Source: a virus
Taxonomy: Duplodnaviria > Caudoviricetes
Direction: 5' to 3' (one strand)
DNA length: 64,000 nt
IMG/VR virus record: IMGVR_UViG_3300048598_000287
Coordinates: 32,001-96,000 of that record
The notes beneath the pieces were generated by a model, which was not told where the DNA came from, did not search any database, and was given only the letters and a program-made list of their open reading frames with translations. Position numbers and translations under genes: made by a program. Shown here in pieces: positions 27,882 through 37,519 of this stretch (within the stretch, counting starts at the first letter, position 1; each line of letters opens with the position of its first letter).

Positions 27882-28307
27882 TTACTGCATTGTTTTCTTC
27901 TGGTGGGCATCTCGTATTTTCATGAGAAGCTTTCCAAGGTTATTAGCGCCAAATTCATCAACTCCCCAGAAATGATCTCCCCATGTATTTCCTTCAACCA
28001 GTTCTTCATTACCTGTATCGATAAGCCGTTTCATTAACGTCGGATTTTGAGCGAATTTTGCATTAAGAACCATTTCCATCATTCCGAGTCGCAGATCATC
28101 CCAGTTAGGGCGGATTGTAACGGATCTTCCAAGTTTCCTTGCATCTTTTCCTGCAAGATATGAAAATTTATCCCTAACCTTAGGGTCGATGGTTTTCATC
28201 GACATATACGCGCCTTCGCTGCAGGAATACATCCTGTTATCAACCATTAACGCGCATGGATAGAAATTAGATAGAAAATAATATTTTCCACGGAAATCGT
28301 TGATCAT
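27882..28307 (-). CDS. NADAR (YbiA-like) protein
   Basis: FLSNFY, ARKLGR, KFAQN, LVEGNTWGDHFWG, NNLGKLLM. Confidence 0.9.
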   Translation of the reverse strand: MINDFRGKYYFLSNFYPCALMVDNRMYSCSEGAYMSMKTIDPKVRDKFSYLAGKDARKLGRSVTIRPNWDDLRLGMMEMVLNAKFAQNPTLMKRLIDTGNEELVEGNTWGDHFWGVDEFGANNLGKLLMKIRDAHQKKTMQ

Positions 28308-28354
28308 GTATTCTCCTATTATATGTTGTATGGATGAGATGCCATGCAATTTCG

Positions 28355-29527
28355 TTAGATATCATCGTCGTCGAGGTCATGAGAAAAAATACCTGATGGT
28401 TTCCATATATGTTTTAAACTTTTAAAGAAACATTCGGGAAGGAATTTTCCATGATAATAGATCGACAGCAACGTTCCAACAAATTCTTTACCGGAATAGG
28501 CATGCTTTATCAGCATTGACGATATGAGTTTAATCTGCATGAAATATTCATATACTTCTTTTCTAGGGGAATCTCGTCTAACGGACGCAGCTTCCCATAC
28601 ATTGTCCAGCAATGCGTTTATTTCATCAGCCATGCGGGCCGCTTTCTCTGAAAGATCCGGATATTCTTCCGGAGCGGTATCCTTGTCAATGATGACATGG
28701 CGGAGTTCAGCATCAAGCGCCAGGTGGTCGAATACATTTTCAATGTTCAACGAATGAAATTTCTTCTGCAGTTCTAAAAACTCATTTCCCTTTATTTTAA
28801 GTTTGAATCCATTTTCGAATGTTACCACCACGCCTTCATGCTCGACGGGAAGGGCTTTTGCAAAATTATATACTTCTTCCATGGATTTAAATTCATATAC
28901 AGCCGGCATAGGGATCTTTATTTTAAGTGATTCCGATTTAAGACCGGAAAGAGGTAGTTCTATGCCCGTATTTGTTTCTGTTACGCCAATAAGATAAAGG
29001 CCCTCTGAATAATATTTTGTCAGCGGATGGATGTCCTGCTTATATACTATTTCAAATAGGTATGTGCGGGAATTGTCCATAGCTGATATATCAGCGTTTC
29101 TTCTTATCCATTCGGTAGCCCATTCGGCCTGATAACTATCAAAAGATCCTCCGGTTTTGACATACCATTTGCCATTCCAGAAGAATGCTATTCCAAGGCA
29201 TCCGTCGATTTTTTCTGTCACATAGAACGGCATCTGCATGTTTATTAAAAAATTGCTGCTGCCATAATTAGTCATAAGAATCGGTTCAGCATCGGAAATC
29301 GCCTTTCGTATGGACGACGCCCGCAAGGTTCCATCAAAAAGTTCTTCATAATTGAAAAATTTCACAAAAGGAAATGCCACCACATTATGATAAAGATCAT
29401 AGACTATTCCACGGGAAACCAATGACTCATAATCCCATGCGGTCTTGAAAATAGTCATTTCATCATATTTATATCCCATAAGCCCCTGAAGTTCTGGCTT
29501 ACATGAAGTGTGCAATCTAACTGTCAT
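28355..29527 (-). CDS. RNA ligase, T4 Rnl1-like
   Basis: KFFN, EKIDG, LFEI, EGVVV, KLKIK nucleotidyltransferase motifs. Confidence 0.8.
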   Translation of the reverse strand: MTVRLHTSCKPELQGLMGYKYDEMTIFKTAWDYESLVSRGIVYDLYHNVVAFPFVKFFNYEELFDGTLRASSIRKAISDAEPILMTNYGSSNFLINMQMPFYVTEKIDGCLGIAFFWNGKWYVKTGGSFDSYQAEWATEWIRRNADISAMDNSRTYLFEIVYKQDIHPLTKYYSEGLYLIGVTETNTGIELPLSGLKSESLKIKIPMPAVYEFKSMEEVYNFAKALPVEHEGVVVTFENGFKLKIKGNEFLELQKKFHSLNIENVFDHLALDAELRHVIIDKDTAPEEYPDLSEKAARMADEINALLDNVWEAASVRRDSPRKEVYEYFMQIKLISSMLIKHAYSGKEFVGTLLSIYYHGKFLPECFFKSLKHIWKPSGIFSHDLDDDDI

Positions 29528-29608
29528 ATGGATCCTTTTTTTTCACCAAATATATACAAAAAAAATCTGGACGGCAACCGTCCAGAATGAGAAAGTTTAC
29601 CAGGTAAG

Positions 29609-31843
29609 TTAAATTCCTCCTGGATTCTTGGAGATTTCATATTCTTTTATTTCCTTCACCCATTCAGGATATGATATCCAGGTGTTTATATTCTCCTTGA
29701 ACGCGTCAGGAGTATCCTGTTCGCCGTAAGAATCGCAACATATAGCGCCGATTTTGTCTAACGGAATCTGGTCGAACATCATTTGCAAAGATTCCGCATC
29801 ATTTTTCAGTTTTGCCTGACCCTCAAAGCAAAAATCGCTATACACCAGCACATAATCGAAATCATCGGCAAAAATCAGGTGATTCTTATTTATTTCATCT
29901 TCATTATATTTTATCTCCCGCTGATCGTTTTCATCATTAGGAGGATATACATATGGAGATAGCCGATCGGCCAGACATCGTATGTCAGTTCCACTTCCTC
30001 CGACATGGGTTGACACTTCGCTTCCGGAATCCTTCAGTGATGGGTTTCCTCCGGAAGAGATTGCATCGGCGATGGATGCATCAAACGGGCGGGGAATGTC
30101 GCAAGAATCATCCCAGAAGACATAGTATACATTCTGCCCGCCTAGCTGGGTTGCTATGCTTCCTAAAAGATTCATGGCACCTTTGAGAAGAATGGAAGGA
30201 TGCCACATGGATCCTGATGCATCTATTGCTATGAGTATGTTGGAAGAATATTCCGCCTGGTCTTGCATTTTGTTGGTTTGAAACGTGGTCTTCTGAAAAC
30301 GGATATGTCCGGGTTTACGTTCGCTCTGATCCGAGCTTGCATTCTGTATCATGGATACTATTCGGTTTGCTATTTCCAATTCTGCATGAGAGGACACTTT
30401 CATCTTGCTGCTTTCGGATTCACCGATTTTATCCAATGATGCGAATGCGTTTGCGGAAGGCCCGCCTTTCTTGCTCATGATATTGATGTTTCCCGCTATA
30501 TCGCGCGCGGACTGTGCAAAATTACCTATGGGCGCACTACCGGGATTTCCCGCATTGGAAAAATTGGTGGGATCATTGGCGAACTTGGCGAGATTTCCAG
30601 GCAGTCCCTGAATTTTCTGCGTAGTAGCTTCCTTCACCTCGTTTGCGATATCGGTGAGCTCATTTACATTGTTCAGGGCATTTGAATCTATTTTGTTAGT
30701 TCCTGGTTTTGAACTTTTTACGGAAGATTCTCCATTTTCGGATTCCTTCCCGTCTTTACCTTGCTGGTTGACGCTTCCTGATGTCTTCGCCCCCAAAGCA
30801 TCACCAGGTGCATGTTCCCCGTTACCTGATGTGTTTCCAGATTCACCTGATTTACCGTTATCTTCGGATGGAGATCCATTTTCTCCACCGTTTTCCGAAG
30901 GTTTCGACACTCCGGTATTTGTAGAAGATTCACCATCTCCGGTATTCTGACTTTCATCACCGGAGTCATCTTCTCCTTTATCGCCGTCATCGGCAAATGT
31001 ATATCCTGCTTCCCTGGCAGACTGCTTCTCTTCAGGCGTAAGTCCGGACGTATCGCCGGCGCCATTTTCATCCTTCTTGGATCCGGGAGGTTCTTTTTCT
31101 GAATATGATCCTGATTTCTGACTAGGAGAATTAGGCTCAGACGGGGTCTGCCCGTTTTTACCTTCTCCTGACTCGGATCCGCCTTGCGGTTGAGTTTGCC
31201 CGGACGATCCACCTGAAACAGACGGTGGAGTCGCCCCGGCATTGATGAGATATGCTATATATTGTCTAATGGTTTCCAGATTCCAGTCTTCTGTTCCGAA
31301 ATTCCCAGGAGCAGACGTGCCAGCCCCGCTTGGATCATGATATGCAGTGGTATTCATTACTGCATATGCTTTCTTTACGCCATCCATCAAAGATTCATTG
31401 GCGAATGCATTTTCAAGAGCAGAAAGGGCAGCGTTAAGCGCGCCGTTACTAGTACGGATCTTATTAAACACGCCAAGATGGGAAAGCATTATCTGAACAG
31501 CTTTGGTATGAGGAATACCTATTCCGTTCCTCACGCCATAATATCCGCATCGTATTGCAAGTCCTATTGTAGCGCATATAGCATAAAATGCTACATAATC
31601 CTTATCTTCATATAGTTGGTGGATATATGCCGGATTGTATACTATGCATCCGGCGTCTGATTTTCCATATTCGGCGAACAATGATATGGTCTCGGTATCC
31701 ATATCGCTTTTTGCCGGTATCCATGCATATTGCGCCAATGCGCTAGTGAACATAAGCACCGGCGAATTAGGCGCCTCTGCTGCATCTTTTAGTTCTTTTA
31801 GCTCACTTTTTATCTGGCCTTCTGAAAATGCGGTTCTGCTCAT
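29609..31843 (-). CDS. VWA-domain protein with a long Gly/Ser/Glu linker
   Basis: IAIDASGSM MIDAS motif, GGSGTD, YSD. Confidence 0.75.
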   Translation of the reverse strand: MSRTAFSEGQIKSELKELKDAAEAPNSPVLMFTSALAQYAWIPAKSDMDTETISLFAEYGKSDAGCIVYNPAYIHQLYEDKDYVAFYAICATIGLAIRCGYYGVRNGIGIPHTKAVQIMLSHLGVFNKIRTSNGALNAALSALENAFANESLMDGVKKAYAVMNTTAYHDPSGAGTSAPGNFGTEDWNLETIRQYIAYLINAGATPPSVSGGSSGQTQPQGGSESGEGKNGQTPSEPNSPSQKSGSYSEKEPPGSKKDENGAGDTSGLTPEEKQSAREAGYTFADDGDKGEDDSGDESQNTGDGESSTNTGVSKPSENGGENGSPSEDNGKSGESGNTSGNGEHAPGDALGAKTSGSVNQQGKDGKESENGESSVKSSKPGTNKIDSNALNNVNELTDIANEVKEATTQKIQGLPGNLAKFANDPTNFSNAGNPGSAPIGNFAQSARDIAGNINIMSKKGGPSANAFASLDKIGESESSKMKVSSHAELEIANRIVSMIQNASSDQSERKPGHIRFQKTTFQTNKMQDQAEYSSNILIAIDASGSMWHPSILLKGAMNLLGSIATQLGGQNVYYVFWDDSCDIPRPFDASIADAISSGGNPSLKDSGSEVSTHVGGSGTDIRCLADRLSPYVYPPNDENDQREIKYNEDEINKNHLIFADDFDYVLVYSDFCFEGQAKLKNDAESLQMMFDQIPLDKIGAICCDSYGEQDTPDAFKENINTWISYPEWVKEIKEYEISKNPGGI

Positions 31844-31941
31844 TTATTTCTCGGAAAAATCAAATATAGTTTATATAAGATTGGCGAAAGAATATATGAA
31901 TTACGCATTCTATCATGAGAAACTTTCCATTAGCAATGCAT

Positions 31942-32448
31942 TCAGCACGTTTTGCATACCGCCGCTACATTAGTGATGTACCGTTTAATTATTTCCACCA
32001 CAGTTGATTCACACCCGTCGCACATTATCTCCGGAACATATGATTCATATACTCCGTCAGTAAGAATGAAATTTTCAGCCATTCCTGACATTATCAGGTC
32101 TTTTCGATACAATTCCTTTTCCGTCACCCGTTTAACAAAGACGAGCTTGCCATCTACGGATATCATGGGAAGGAAGAGCCATAGATTTCTGATGAATGGT
32201 GATCCCCCATCGTCGGAGAAGGTATCCATATAAATAATTTCAGTCTCTCCGGGAGAGAACATGTTTTCCGGTACATGCTTCTGTGTAAGGCACATGGCGA
32301 ATCCGCATTCCCCGGGGGATATTATCCTGGGCGTCCATTTTCCCTTCTTTATGGGGACAGTTACGCCAAGCTCTGACATGGATTTTATGGGATCTTCTGA
32401 AAGACCGCATGACCGGCAAAGAGACAGTATGCTTTCTATAAGGTTCAT
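31942..32448 (-). CDS. Hypothetical protein
   Basis: Probable start MNLIES coupled to the upstream stop. Confidence 0.6.
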   Translation of the reverse strand: MNLIESILSLCRSCGLSEDPIKSMSELGVTVPIKKGKWTPRIISPGECGFAMCLTQKHVPENMFSPGETEIIYMDTFSDDGGSPFIRNLWLFLPMISVDGKLVFVKRVTEKELYRKDLIMSGMAENFILTDGVYESYVPEIMCDGCESTVVEIIKRYITNVAAVCKTC

Positions 32449-32912
32449 TTTCCTGGTTCCTTCAGGGTAACCGTATAATCGGCTGACTCTGCGCATGTTT
32501 TCATTGTTTCAAACGCGTCCTTCATATTCATGAGAAGTTCTACATCGGTGAACCTAATCATTTTGCATATCCGTGATGCCTCATCTTTAATGAACTCGAT
32601 CCTCTGAATGACATCTTCCCTGAAAATTCCGAACTTGAATCTTGACAGATCAGAAAGCAGTTCATCTATGTCGTCATATATTATGCACCGTGATCCTATA
32701 AGAAGGACGATGTCGATGCGTTCCTTGTCTTTCATAATGGGCATGTCTATGACGAATGTAGTGCCTTTTGGAAATTCGACGCCGGCTATATTAGCCATGG
32801 ATAGCAATTCATATTTTTCCCCGAGAGGTAGAATGAGGTCGCATTTCTTTCTGTAAGAAGAATACATATCCAGATAATCCTTCCCGTTTTCTATGAAAGA
32901 ATGAATGTCCAT
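32445..32912 (-). CDS. Hypothetical protein
   Basis: 155 aa, GAGGA RBS. Confidence 0.65.
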   Translation of the reverse strand: MDIHSFIENGKDYLDMYSSYRKKCDLILPLGEKYELLSMANIAGVEFPKGTTFVIDMPIMKDKERIDIVLLIGSRCIIYDDIDELLSDLSRFKFGIFREDVIQRIEFIKDEASRICKMIRFTDVELLMNMKDAFETMKTCAESADYTVTLKEPGK

Positions 32913-32920
32913 ATTATTCC

Positions 32921-33262
32921 TCAGTATCCATGGCGAATGTGCGCTGCATTGTCATTGCATAGGCCTTCAGTTTCTGATGCACACATTCCGGCGCGATAAG
33001 ATTCCACTTCTTTGACTAGCCTGGCATTTTCACTTGACAGGGATTCTATCTTGTCCCGGCTTCGGCGGATAGTCTCTTGCTGCTGCATGACGGTCTCCTG
33101 TATATGCCGGATCGTTTTGTCCTTTTCATTCACTTCATTGTACAGGGAATTTATCTTTTGGGACATGCTTGCGATGTCTTCCGGTCGATTGCATTCTGGC
33201 TTCTGCCGTAGGGAATCCATAAAAGCATCCCATCCGCCACGATCATACATAGTGTGCATCAA
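32921..33262 (-). CDS. Coiled-coil hypothetical protein
   Basis: Heptad-like central region. Confidence 0.6.
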   Translation of the reverse strand: MMHTMYDRGGWDAFMDSLRQKPECNRPEDIASMSQKINSLYNEVNEKDKTIRHIQETVMQQQETIRRSRDKIESLSSENARLVKEVESYRAGMCASETEGLCNDNAAHIRHGY

Positions 33263-33287
33263 ATCTCCTTTGAATCAATTTAAATTA

Positions 33288-33683
33288 TCATTTTGGATTT
33301 TTTGAAAGCGCCGAGCTAAGAAAGGACAACGCATCGTCTATTCCAGTCCTGCATTCTTCACGATAGCCAATCGAATCAGGATCGCCTGCATCGAACGAGA
33401 AATCCACAGATTCACCGCCGATTGACATATCTTTAATTGACCGAAACATTCCAATTTCCGTATCAGGCGTAACGGTGAAGTCAACCATTGTTTCACGGTA
33501 AATAAAATGATATCGCATTCCATCATCAGCAGTGTTTTCTTTACTTTTGAACAAAAGACCTATGGACTGGGCATCCTGCCTCATGCGGACATCTTCCTGC
33601 ACTCCGGGCTCCATTCTATTTACTGTTCTATGCATTTCTTCCATATATTCATTTCTCACGTAGTTTATATAGACTATTTTCAC
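33288..33683 (-). CDS. Hypothetical protein
   Basis: 131 aa, coupled to the upstream gene. Confidence 0.6.
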   Translation of the reverse strand: MKIVYINYVRNEYMEEMHRTVNRMEPGVQEDVRMRQDAQSIGLLFKSKENTADDGMRYHFIYRETMVDFTVTPDTEIGMFRSIKDMSIGGESVDFSFDAGDPDSIGYREECRTGIDDALSFLSSALSKNPK

Positions 33684-35398
33684 GATAGCAATTCGTTCTT
33701 AACTATTTCTGAAACATCTATACATTTATAGAACTGAGCCGGTCCGGACTTTGGTATATGGAATATCCACAGTGGCCCTATTTTCAGGTTGCTATTGCAT
33801 TCCACTATTGCCTTATATGCGCTTAGCTGAACGCAATAATGATAAAAATTTAGGTCATCAAAATTCTCAAACGGGTGAAGCATCTTTTTAGTATATGGCT
33901 TTGGAACAGTATCTATGCATGCGTTTGAGTTATGCGTTGGTATGAACGCTCCTGTGCATAGATATGTATGCGTAGGGCTGTCAACTTCTATGCACTGCGT
34001 CGGATAGGTAAATGTCTGGTGCACCTCAGATATTATCCGTGCGTTATGCGGCGTATGCATTTTTGATAAGTCTATGCCGGAATTAGTCACCAAGAACGGC
34101 ATTGTCCCATCAGTAATGAAATCAATGACATATTCACTTGACATGTCGAATGCATCTGATTCGCGCGGATTGATGGATACATCTGACATTCCTAGACTGC
34201 ATAAAAGTGATCCGAATGATTCCATCATGGTGCGGTCAGAGAATGAAATAGAAAATCGCTGATTTCCAATGCATCTTCCACGGGAATCCATTAGTCCCCT
34301 GAGAAGATCAAGCCGCTGCTCATATGATGCCCGTTGATAACTCATTGGAATGCATCTGGTGGATGCTATGTCATTTGCAATTTCCGGAGAAGTGGCATAA
34401 ATGCAGCCTATTCCAGTGCATTCATCGGCATCATATCCATATCCTCTTGATGAAATCTCATCCATCATTGACGAATCATGCCCTTCCTCGGTATACGATT
34501 CACCAAGCCAGCATCCGAGGACATATGGATCTATTGGAAGATCCGCCGTATTCGTCTTAATAGGGAGAGCATCGGCGATTTCCAGTTTATCCCCGCAGGA
34601 AATATTATGCATAATTTCCGCAGTCGTCATTACAGTGATCTCAGGACTTCCGTGATGCCGTATTTCCCATCGGTGATCCATATCCGCTATTATATATCCA
34701 CCAGAAGAAAACACGATTTCACAGCACGGATTATAATGAACAGATGACTTTGCCTTTATCTTCGTCATGTCGCCGTTCTTGTCGAATACGGTGTCGCCTA
34801 CGCGCAGATCTTTCATGGATGTGAATCCGGACGGGGTCGGGATATCCGTGTCCAGGGGCAATCCCTTCCAGTCCATTATGACTAGTTCGCTCTTGAGCGT
34901 GTCGTAGCATAGAAAATCTATGGTCCCGCATAATGAATGCTTCACGTCATATACAGGAAGCTCATTTTTTATAGGCACATACCGTGGGCTAAGTTTTTCA
35001 TACAGATTCAGGCACTCGGGTATTCTGGCGTCAAAATCAGCCTGTATGTCGTCATATTTGAACTTATCATGAAATATATGATGATACGCCTTGCGTTGCC
35101 ATGCGTTTTCCATCACTAGATGTATCTGGGTGCCTAGAATTTTAGAATAATCGTTTTTATCTTTCCACATCGCAAGCGTATCATTCACGGAAATTCCGAG
35201 TTTTTTAGCGGTGAACGGAGCAATCTTGGCTGCGTCGAACTTATGAGTAAATTCCTCGATAAGACTGGTTACGGATTTGAACTTGGTGCCTAGAGAATTG
35301 GTGTATCGATGCACACCCGGTCCTTCCTCGAACCAGATGTCACGGAACGAATCCCACAGTATCTTTGATATTTCAGCGGATATAGGAAATTCTGCCAT
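33680..35398 (-). CDS. PD-(D/E)xK exonuclease containing an intein
   Basis: SVT, GTQIH, E..., GTID, DWK|S, YCVQLSAY motifs, interrupted after DWK. Confidence 0.85.
   Translation of the reverse strand: MAEFPISAEISKILWDSFRDIWFEEGPGVHRYTNSLGTKFKSVTSLIEEFTHKFDAAKIAPFTAKKLGISVNDTLAMWKDKNDYSKILGTQIHLVMENAWQRKAYHHIFHDKFKYDDIQADFDARIPECLNLYEKLSPRYVPIKNELPVYDVKHSLCGTIDFLCYDTLKSELVIMDWKGLPLDTDIPTPSGFTSMKDLRVGDTVFDKNGDMTKIKAKSSVHYNPCCEIVFSSGGYIIADMDHRWEIRHHGSPEITVMTTAEIMHNISCGDKLEIADALPIKTNTADLPIDPYVLGCWLGESYTEEGHDSSMMDEISSRGYGYDADECTGIGCIYATSPEIANDIASTRCIPMSYQRASYEQRLDLLRGLMDSRGRCIGNQRFSISFSDRTMMESFGSLLCSLGMSDVSINPRESDAFDMSSEYVIDFITDGTMPFLVTNSGIDLSKMHTPHNARIISEVHQTFTYPTQCIEVDSPTHTYLCTGAFIPTHNSNACIDTVPKPYTKKMLHPFENFDDLNFYHYCVQLSAYKAIVECNSNLKIGPLWIFHIPKSGPAQFYKCIDVSEIVKNELLS
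33929..34864 (-). mobile_element. Class 3-type intein (312 aa) with degenerate LAGLIDADG domain
   Basis: GLPLDTDIPTP start, DHRW, TQCIEVD, PTHN/S end; PYVLGCWLGE and LLRGLMDSRG blocks. Confidence 0.85.
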
Positions 35399-35410
35399 TA
35401 TATCTCCGTA

Positions 35411-35656
35411 TCACATCAGTGGATTTGATTTGTTACTGGGATCGGAAACTTTTTCCGGATCTTCCCCGTCTTCATATACGGGAGATGGGGTTATCGATTT
35501 TTTCCCCATAAGGATCTCTCCGGACGAGCCCGGCATGTTACCATAGGCATTTGCCTTACCGTCGGATGATTTCACAATAAGTTCCGCAAAATTCACTACG
35601 GCATCCTGCTGATCCTTAGAAAGAGAATTAAATGCATTTTTCACGTTTGTTTCCAT
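35411..35656 (-). CDS. Hypothetical protein
   Basis: GAGG RBS, 81 aa. Confidence 0.6.
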   Translation of the reverse strand: METNVKNAFNSLSKDQQDAVVNFAELIVKSSDGKANAYGNMPGSSGEILMGKKSITPSPVYEDGEDPEKVSDPSNKSNPLM

Positions 35657-35724
35657 ACATGACCTCTAGTTAACGTGAAATATATGAAATATATCCGCTT
35701 TTGGCAATACCAATCGGTCGGCAT

Positions 35725-35733
35725 TATAAACTA
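35725..35733 (+). promoter_or_regulatory. Putative late promoter TATAAACTA
   Basis: Same 9-mer 23-27 nt before starts at 35761, 31843, 55402, 56262 and 61816. Confidence 0.6.
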
Positions 35734-35760
35734 TTACCGTTAATAACAGTTGAGCGTTGT

Positions 35761-37509
35761 ATGACAAAAAAAGAACAGTTTGAGCATGATGCGGAAAAAA
35801 TAATGTCCGTCGCACAGTTGGAAGCCGTGATGATGATTCATTCCGCAATTTTTGAGGGCCCGGAAGATGCATTGCTCCGGGCGGCTGGAACGGCTGTGAT
35901 GAAAGACACCGTAGAAAAGGTGGTGGACGGAGTAAAGGATGCGGTTAATGCTGCTGTTAGTGACGCCGTGTCTGATACGGTTGATTCTGCCGATGATAAA
36001 TCTGATTCCCCTGAATGTCAGGGAGACTGTGTTCAGAAACCATGTGACGGCGATGCGGCTGAGCTTACCGAAGCTATGAAAGGAATGTCTGACGAAGACA
36101 TCCGCGGGTTCCTTGAAAGTCTAGATCCGAATGACAGGGAAATCCTAATGGAGGGGGTTCTCGGAACGGTTCTTAAAGGAATGGGGAAAGCGGCGAAATT
36201 TGTCCGTCCGGCGATAAGCAAGGCCCTTCCTGAAATAGAGAAATTCGGCGGAAAGTTAAAAGGCGACCTGGCATCGGCGTTCAGTGCTCTGAAGAATAGT
36301 CCGGCGTTCTCAAAAGATGCCAGAAATGCAAACATCCTGGATAAATTTTCTAAAAACACTAACGAGTTGAATATTCTGCGCCAGCTTAATCCTACTGCTC
36401 GTACAGCAAAAAGAATGTCCGAATTATCCAAAGAAAATGAAGCGCTAAGCGCCAGCATTAACAACACACTGGCCAACGCTACAAGAAAGGGTAACACAAA
36501 GGCTATCGATGACCTAGTGGCGTCAAGCGCCAGAAAAAATGCAAGCTCGATATCACCGTTGCTAGCTAATAAAAATTTAGCGGCAAAGCAGGCGGCTAAG
36601 GATGCGCTGATGAAAGAAAAGACCGCCGCATTGAAAGACATCGATGGTCAGATAGCGGAAAAGAGCCAGCTGCTTGACATCAATAGCGGAACAGCCGAAG
36701 AAGATGAAATTAAAAAAGAGCTCATTGCACTAAAAACTCAGAGAGTGGGCATAGAAAGCGAATGGAATAAGAACAATGCCGATGCTGTTTCCAAGCTGGA
36801 TGAAGAAATAAAGGAGGCTGGACATTTTGCCGGTCATCAGCCGAATAACGTGGGAGTAGATGCGACGCGTGCTACGATGAACGGAAACGGCGGGCAGGCC
36901 TACCCAATGAACGGGCAGCAATCCGGAGACATGAACGCTCTGCTTAATGCTAGCAGGGGAACCATGATGAACATAGGCGGGAATACCTATATACGCACCA
37001 AGGACGGTATAAAAAATATCGGATTGATCAATAACATCATAAGCAAAGTCCCGTTTATCGGAAGCATTAATAAAGCCCGTATTGCAACCAAGACCGCATA
37101 TCCGATCTTGTCAAAGGCAGTCATACTCGGAGGAATAGGCGCCGGTGGATATTATGCACTTAAACCGAATGATGCTTCCGGAGAAGGATCAGGAATAATT
37201 GAGAACGTCGCTAAGGCGGCTGCCGTAATAGGCGCAGGATATGTTGGCTATAAAGGGGCCGAGGCGCTAGGCTGCGGTTCTGGAGGAAAGACCATAGGCG
37301 CCCTTGCCGGAAGTGCGGTGGTCGCATATCTGGTTTGGTTAAATGACGGAGATGAGAAGAAAGGTAACGATATGTATAATGCATTATCAAATCTTCCCCT
37401 TGATCAGCAAGCGGTTGCATCCAAGGCGCTTGGAATTCCCAATGTGCAGAATTCTATGCTTTCCGCATTCAACATGAATCCGTCAATGCTTTCTTCATTT
37501 GCACTATAA
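35761..37509 (+). CDS. Large Ala/Gly-rich, possibly virion or membrane protein
   Basis: Coiled-coil middle; glycine-zipper-like hydrophobic C-terminal segments. Confidence 0.75.
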   Translation: MTKKEQFEHDAEKIMSVAQLEAVMMIHSAIFEGPEDALLRAAGTAVMKDTVEKVVDGVKDAVNAAVSDAVSDTVDSADDKSDSPECQGDCVQKPCDGDAAELTEAMKGMSDEDIRGFLESLDPNDREILMEGVLGTVLKGMGKAAKFVRPAISKALPEIEKFGGKLKGDLASAFSALKNSPAFSKDARNANILDKFSKNTNELNILRQLNPTARTAKRMSELSKENEALSASINNTLANATRKGNTKAIDDLVASSARKNASSISPLLANKNLAAKQAAKDALMKEKTAALKDIDGQIAEKSQLLDINSGTAEEDEIKKELIALKTQRVGIESEWNKNNADAVSKLDEEIKEAGHFAGHQPNNVGVDATRATMNGNGGQAYPMNGQQSGDMNALLNASRGTMMNIGGNTYIRTKDGIKNIGLINNIISKVPFIGSINKARIATKTAYPILSKAVILGGIGAGGYYALKPNDASGEGSGIIENVAKAAAVIGAGYVGYKGAEALGCGSGGKTIGALAGSAVVAYLVWLNDGDEKKGNDMYNALSNLPLDQQAVASKALGIPNVQNSMLSAFNMNPSMLSSFAL

Positions 37510-37519
37510 GGAGATGAAC

